64,000 nt of DNA from an uncultured Ruminococcus sp. (GTDB taxonomy: Bacteria > Bacillota > Clostridia > Oscillospirales > Ruminococcaceae). Made by a program: the position numbers and the translations under genes. This document shows, piece after piece, positions 59,019 through 64,000 of the stretch (the first letter of the stretch is position 1; each line of letters opens with the position of its first letter). The notes beneath the pieces are model-generated. The model was not told the DNA's origin. It saw nothing but the letters and a program-made list of their open reading frames with translations, and made no database searches. The stretch is from assembly GCA_937902395.1 (NCBI GenBank), contig CALGTV010000038.1, forward strand, positions 808 to 64,807, written 5' to 3'.

Positions 59019-59459
59019 TTTCTCAAGGGAGCCAATCGCCGCGATAAAGCTTTCAACATCGGTGAAATCCTCATATACCGAGGCAAAACGGATATAAGCA
59101 ATGGGGTCAATAAGTCGTAGCTGTTCCATAACAAGTTCGCCGATTTCTTTTGAAGGAGCAATGGATTTCAGCTGATTTGCGTAGTGATTTTCTATATAAT
59201 CAGCGATTTTTTCCACATCGTCAATGCTGACAGGACGCTTTTTTATAGCGCTGAAAATGCCCTGTATAAGCTTATTGCGGTCAAAAGCTTCATAGCTGCC
59301 GCTTCTTTTTTCAACCATAAGCATAGGCTTTTCCATAATTTCAAAGGTTGTAAATCTTGCACCGCATTTTATACATTCGCGGCGGCGTTTTATACGGTCA
59401 TTTTTAGGTCTGGAATCTATAACTTTTGAATCTGGAAAGTTACAATATGGACAAATCAC
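59007..59459 (-). CDS. nrdR: Transcriptional repressor NrdR
   Basis: CPYC..SKVIDSR..RRREC..C..RFTTFE, ATP cone, AYIRFASVY. Confidence 0.97.
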   Translation of the reverse strand: MICPYCNFPDSKVIDSRPKNDRIKRRRECIKCGARFTTFEIMEKPMLMVEKRSGSYEAFDRNKLIQGIFSAIKKRPVSIDDVEKIADYIENHYANQLKSIAPSKEIGELVMEQLRLIDPIAYIRFASVYEDFTDVESFIAAIGSLEKSTD

Positions 59460-59472
59460 TGATGTACTCCTT

Positions 59473-60258
59473 TCAGTTGTTGTATTGCTGCGTCATTTTA
59501 TTCAGTATATTATAGCTTGAAATCAAATCAGAAATACTGCCAAAACCGCTGCGGTAGAGTTCAAGAATAACGCTTGCATCGGGATTCAGAGTGTTAAGCT
59601 TTTCAAAAAAGGGTTTGAATCGGAAATTTCCCTTACCAATAGGGAGGCAGTCTCCCAGTTCTCCTGAATCACTTATATGAACGTGAACAACACTTTTACC
59701 TGCCGCGTCGAGAAATGCAAAGGGAGTTTCACCGGCGCGGATAGCCTGTTTTGTATCGAGAACAAAGGCAAATTCACTGCCCAAAATCGACGATATATCG
59801 CGGATAAACGCAGATGAACGACTTTGACATCGGGTGACATTTTCCACAGCAACGGTAACGCCGAATTCCTTACCGAGACGGTAAAGTCTGGAGTATCTTT
59901 CACAGTAAAATTCTTTGCCCTTGTCAGCCTTTCCGCCGTGAAAGACGAAGATATCAGCACCTACGATATTCATAAACTGAAAATAAAGCTTGTAATATTC
60001 GAGGATATCATTCATTCGCCGTTCATACTCGGAAAAGAACATAAGAGGTTCAATTTCGCAGGTAAAAGGGTGAACCGAAGGACAGCTCATTTCAAATCTC
60101 TGTAGAAGCTTTGCCATATTGTGAGCAAAGCTTTTTTTCAGTTCTGAGTGGGTATTCAGGAAAATTTCAGCACAGCCAACGCCATTTACAGCAAGTTCAT
60201 AGAGGCTTTCCTCCACAGGTTTCGGGAAAAGGCAGGCAGTAGAAACACCAACTTTCAC
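59473..60258 (-). CDS. Sugar phosphate isomerase/epimerase (TIM barrel, AP-endonuclease 2 family)
   Basis: ENV, LD.KQ, HVH.SD, ELY metal motifs. Confidence 0.8.
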   Translation of the reverse strand: MKVGVSTACLFPKPVEESLYELAVNGVGCAEIFLNTHSELKKSFAHNMAKLLQRFEMSCPSVHPFTCEIEPLMFFSEYERRMNDILEYYKLYFQFMNIVGADIFVFHGGKADKGKEFYCERYSRLYRLGKEFGVTVAVENVTRCQSRSSAFIRDISSILGSEFAFVLDTKQAIRAGETPFAFLDAAGKSVVHVHISDSGELGDCLPIGKGNFRFKPFFEKLNTLNPDASVILELYRSGFGSISDLISSYNILNKMTQQYNN

Positions 60259-60304
60259 CGGTTCACACTCCTTTCATGTTAGGGATTATTATATACTAAT
60301 CGTA

Positions 60305-60793
60305 CTATTTGGCGATTTCGTTTTCATACAAAAGTATGGAGTAATTATCATAATATTCGTGAACAGCCTCGGGAAATTTATCGGCATATGCGAAAATCTC
60401 TTTAGCAAGTCCCTCTTTGAGAAAAGCGCGTAATTTATCATGTGATTGACCGTGAACACTTTCGCAGAGAGATGAAACGGCGATTACGCGACATCCGTCG
60501 AAATACATAATACGGAAAGGCCATATACGGCAGTCAAAAGGCTTGTTATCACCGAGAATACAGCCATTTTCCGCTAATGCAGGGCATGAGAAAAGCTCCT
60601 CGCCGGTAATTTTTCCGACATTAAGAACATAGCCGTTACCTTTTTTCGCAAATTCAGCATCGGGGACGGCAGATTTCACGCGATTCATTGTAATTTCGTC
60701 AAAAAGCGGAGTTTCCCAGACATCATATCTGTCGAAGATACAGCACATACGGCACTGAGCGCAGGTAGAATTTTCAAGCAATTTTTTAATCAT
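60305..60793 (-). CDS. YkgJ-like cysteine-cluster protein
   Basis: CAQCRMCC, CP.L...GC.L...KP..C..WP. Confidence 0.8.
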   Translation of the reverse strand: MIKKLLENSTCAQCRMCCIFDRYDVWETPLFDEITMNRVKSAVPDAEFAKKGNGYVLNVGKITGEELFSCPALAENGCILGDNKPFDCRIWPFRIMYFDGCRVIAVSSLCESVHGQSHDKLRAFLKEGLAKEIFAYADKFPEAVHEYYDNYSILLYENEIAK

Positions 60794-60894
60794 GGTATAC
60801 ACCGCTTTCCTGTTTGATACTAAAATTATAGCATATAAAAAGGATAAAGTCAATGAAAAAAGGTATCAGGCGAAAAACCTGATACCTTTTTAAA

Positions 60895-62190
60895 TTATTC
60901 ATATCTCAGCGCGTCAATAGGATTCATCTTAGCCGCACGTTTTGCAGGAGATGAACCGAAAATCACGCCAATCAATACAGAACAAACAACAGATATTACA
61001 ATAGCAGTAAGTGAAGGCTGAATTGTAATTGTCAGCGATTCAGTGATATTTTCAGCCATACTATTAGCGAATGCTTTAGCGGCTTCACCGATTGCATAGC
61101 TTCCGCCCAGACCGAACAGAATACCTATAATACCGCCTGTAACGCATATTATAACAGCTTCTGTTATAAACTGACGTTTTATAGCTGAATTTTTAGCACC
61201 CAGAGCCTTGCGTATACCGATTTCACTTGTACGCTCAACAACGCTTACAAGCATGATATTCATAACTCCCACACCGCCTACAATAAGGGATATTGCGGCA
61301 ATTACGGAAAACGCAATAGAAAGAAGCTTGATTGCAACAGTTATAATTTTTGCATCATCAGCCCAGTTATAGGTACTTACATGGAAGTTTTTATTATTTT
61401 CATATATTTTGTCAAAATATTTTTTGAGCATAGCTTCTGTTTCATACGGGTCGCAATCGGGATTATATCTGACTTCAATCCATGAAAATATCGGCTCATT
61501 TTCACCTTTTAGCTTGTAAACTGTCTGATAAGGGATAAAGATATTAGTGGATATGTCAGTAAAACCTTCTTCGTACTTTTGCAGGTTCTTCTTGTCTTTA
61601 TATACACCTACAACGGTAGCTATAACTCCGGGCTGATTATCACAGGAAAAACTTATTGTTTTACCTATAATTGATTCATCACCACAGTATTGCTTTTCAA
61701 ACGCTTCTGAAACAACAGCGGTACTTTTTACTTCGGAATTGTCTCTGTAGGAGATATTTCTTCCTTTTATTATGTTTTTATTGATAATTTTCATAAATCC
61801 GGGATAAATTCCTGTTACCTCCGTATCAATGCTTTTGTTATCTTCATTGAACACTTTTCCCGTAGCATATGCCTCAGCTTCTGATAATTCAATTCTGTCG
61901 GGATTTTTATCCATAAAATCAGTCAGCATTTTAACAGTAATACCGTCATCTCTTGTAAATCTAACAGGATTATACCTGTCATATTCCCTGTAAGTAACAT
62001 CTAAATCGATAATATTTAATCCGAAGCTGTTCATAACTCCGCCTACAGTTTTTTCAAGGGATTTTCCAATGGTAGAAATCGTAATTACCGAGGAAATACC
62101 GATGATAATTCCAAGCATAGTGAGGAAAGAACGCATTTTATTCATTTTCATAGATGCAAATGCCATTTTGATACATTCAAAAAACGTCAT
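60895..62190 (-). CDS. ABC permease (MacB/YknZ type)
   Basis: NKMRS.LTMLGIIIG, GG.GVMNIMLVSV.ERT.EIGIRKALGA, P..AL.YE. Confidence 0.93.
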   Translation of the reverse strand: MTFFECIKMAFASMKMNKMRSFLTMLGIIIGISSVITISTIGKSLEKTVGGVMNSFGLNIIDLDVTYREYDRYNPVRFTRDDGITVKMLTDFMDKNPDRIELSEAEAYATGKVFNEDNKSIDTEVTGIYPGFMKIINKNIIKGRNISYRDNSEVKSTAVVSEAFEKQYCGDESIIGKTISFSCDNQPGVIATVVGVYKDKKNLQKYEEGFTDISTNIFIPYQTVYKLKGENEPIFSWIEVRYNPDCDPYETEAMLKKYFDKIYENNKNFHVSTYNWADDAKIITVAIKLLSIAFSVIAAISLIVGGVGVMNIMLVSVVERTSEIGIRKALGAKNSAIKRQFITEAVIICVTGGIIGILFGLGGSYAIGEAAKAFANSMAENITESLTITIQPSLTAIVISVVCSVLIGVIFGSSPAKRAAKMNPIDALRYE

Positions 62191-62191
62191 A

Positions 62192-62887
62192 TTACATTTC
62201 CTCCTTATTTGGAACAATATATCCGTCGCTGATAGTAATAATTCTGTCTGTTTCCTTTGCAAGCTCATTGTTGTGCGTGATAAGAACGATAGTCTTACCG
62301 TTTTCCTTATGAAGCTTGTGGAAGATATCCATAATCATACGTCCTGTAACGGAATCCAGCGCGCCTGTAGGCTCATCAGCAAGGATAATGGCAGGGTCAT
62401 TAGCCATAGCTCTTGCAATGGATACACGCTGTTTCTGACCGCCTGAAAGCTGATTGGGCTGATGTGACATTCTATCGCCCATACCAACCATTTCAAGAAG
62501 TTTTTTTGCCTTTTCGGTACGTTCTTTCTGCGGAATTCCCTTATACATCATAGGCAATTCCACATTTTTCAGTGCCGACATTCTCGGTATAAGATTAAAG
62601 GTCTGGAAAACGAAGCCGATTTCTGAATTTCTGATTTCGCTCAATTTATCGTCCTTGAGATTGCTTGTATCTATATTATTGAGGGTATATCTTCCCTCAG
62701 TGGGCTTGTCAAGGAGTCCGATAATATTCATCAGCGTGGATTTTCCCGCACCTGATGAACCAACAATAGATACAAATTCCCCGGATTTTACATCAATGCA
62801 TATTTTATGTAGAATTTCCAGCTCATTTTCTGTTCCTATATTGAATTTTTTTATCACATTATCAATGCGAATAACAGATTCTGACAT
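62192..62887 (-). CDS. ABC ATP-binding protein (YknY/LolD type)
   Basis: GSSGAGKST, LSGGQKQR, ADEPTGALD. Confidence 0.95.
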   Translation of the reverse strand: MSESVIRIDNVIKKFNIGTENELEILHKICIDVKSGEFVSIVGSSGAGKSTLMNIIGLLDKPTEGRYTLNNIDTSNLKDDKLSEIRNSEIGFVFQTFNLIPRMSALKNVELPMMYKGIPQKERTEKAKKLLEMVGMGDRMSHQPNQLSGGQKQRVSIARAMANDPAIILADEPTGALDSVTGRMIMDIFHKLHKENGKTIVLITHNNELAKETDRIITISDGYIVPNKEEM

Positions 62888-62899
62888 TGTCTACTCTCC

Positions 62900-64000
62900 T
62901 TACTGAATAAGTATGTTTACTTTATCTCCCTCTGAATAGTCCTCAGGATAAGATAAAAGATACATACCCTCGCTCAGTTCGGAAGCTGATACTTCAACGT
63001 AATAGTCGGATTCAAAGCCAACTTCCACATAAATTTTTTTAACAACATGGCTGTCACCGTCGGGAATAGCTGCCATAACAAAGCTTTTACCCTCTGCCTC
63101 GTCAATGATTGCGTCATATGGAACTGCAAGAACATCATCTGTTTTATCGATAATAATTTCATTTCTTGAAGTCATGCCGAGGAAAACATTTTCTCCTGCC
63201 ATTTTATCATCAATATCAATTTCAATAGGATAGCCGCTTCCTGCTTCGGAAGTCTGTGAAAGCTTAGAAATTCTTGTAACAGTTCCCGAGATTTCAAGGT
63301 CATCAGTTGCAACTGTTTTTATATTGGCATTCATACCCTCTTTGATAAGGAAAATGTCGGCTTCTGAAACGTTTGTCTTAACAAAAAGGTCAGAAGTATC
63401 AACAATAGTAACAAGACTTTCGCCCATGGGAACCATACCCTCAACAACCGTAGGTGAGAGGACAACTCCTGAAACAGGAGCAGTAATAGTACAGCTTTCC
63501 ATTTGTTTTTTCAGTTCGTTCAGCTTGTCGTTTTCAACGGGATTAGTAATAAATTTTTCTGTATCAATAAGATTTTCAGCGTCGGAAATAGCGTCATTAT
63601 ACTGTCTTTCGAGGTTGCTGTAAGCGTCCTTTGCATCATTTACAGCATGGTCGTAAGAGGAAAGAGAGCCGTTTATCTGTGCGAGTTCAGCTTCAAGCTG
63701 AGTAAGCTTTAAAGAGGCTTCCTCAATCTTAGTATAAAATTCAGCATATTCCTCATCAGTACTTGCATTGTTCATTTTTTCTGTAAGCACATTTCTCTCG
63801 TCAAAGAGGGAATCATACTGATTCTGTAATTTATCACGATTACTGTAAGCTTCATCACGGAGAGATTCAGCTTCGTTGATTTTACGCTGAGCCTGACTGA
63901 GCATTGCCTGTTTTTCCTGTTTTGCGGAATTGAGCTTATCCTCGTTTACAGACTGCTCATGCTTGATTTTATCGTCCTCAATTTCGTACTGTGAAGCAAG
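62900..64000 (-). CDS. Membrane-fusion/adaptor protein (HlyD/YknX type), 5'-truncated
   Basis: Long coiled coil, I.AP.SG.V, V.E.DI..IK.G, VP..A; frame appears to continue to the window edge. Confidence 0.85.
   Translation of the reverse strand, partial: LASQYEIEDDKIKHEQSVNEDKLNSAKQEKQAMLSQAQRKINEAESLRDEAYSNRDKLQNQYDSLFDERNVLTEKMNNASTDEEYAEFYTKIEEASLKLTQLEAELAQINGSLSSYDHAVNDAKDAYSNLERQYNDAISDAENLIDTEKFITNPVENDKLNELKKQMESCTITAPVSGVVLSPTVVEGMVPMGESLVTIVDTSDLFVKTNVSEADIFLIKEGMNANIKTVATDDLEISGTVTRISKLSQTSEAGSGYPIEIDIDDKMAGENVFLGMTSRNEIIIDKTDDVLAVPYDAIIDEAEGKSFVMAAIPDGDSHVVKKIYVEVGFESDYYVEVSASELSEGMYLLSYPEDYSEGDKVNILIQ

Overview
Chromosomal replication-origin region of a spore-forming, dockerin-encoding clostridial anaerobe (Ruminococcus-like by gene content and dockerin style; taxonomy is inference). 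The core block is serS-parB-parA-noc-rsmG-mnmG-mnmE-jag-yidC-yidD-rnpA-rpmH <> dnaA-dnaN-yaaA-recF-remB-gyrB-(orf)-gyrA, with seven parS-like sites and an oriC whose DnaA boxes are mostly TTTTCAACA and whose DnaA-trio unwinding element lies between dnaA and dnaN. The left arm carries an ECF sigma/anti-sigma pair with a stop-interrupted dockerin gene, birA, a flippase, deoD, ppk1, pssA, spo0A, a GH95-GH26-pseudoHAD operon, ttcA, a plasmalogen-synthase-like pair coupled to psd, and a flavodiiron/FTR/thioredoxin cluster. The right arm carries a dockerin protein, ytaF, pepV, msmX, rsuA, nrdR and an ABC efflux operon. The most striking unexplained element is a 101-nt tRNA(His)-like RNA at 9268-9368 that has intact acceptor, D and T arms but a 44-nt UNCG-capped hairpin instead of an anticodon arm. 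Also notable are a second DnaA-box cluster at about 54.3-55 kb, a CTPase-motif-degenerate Noc, and several dispersed REP/MITE-like repeats. No CRISPR array, rRNA, canonical tRNA, transposase or prophage was seen. All calls are from reading the sequence and remembered family motifs; no searches were run.
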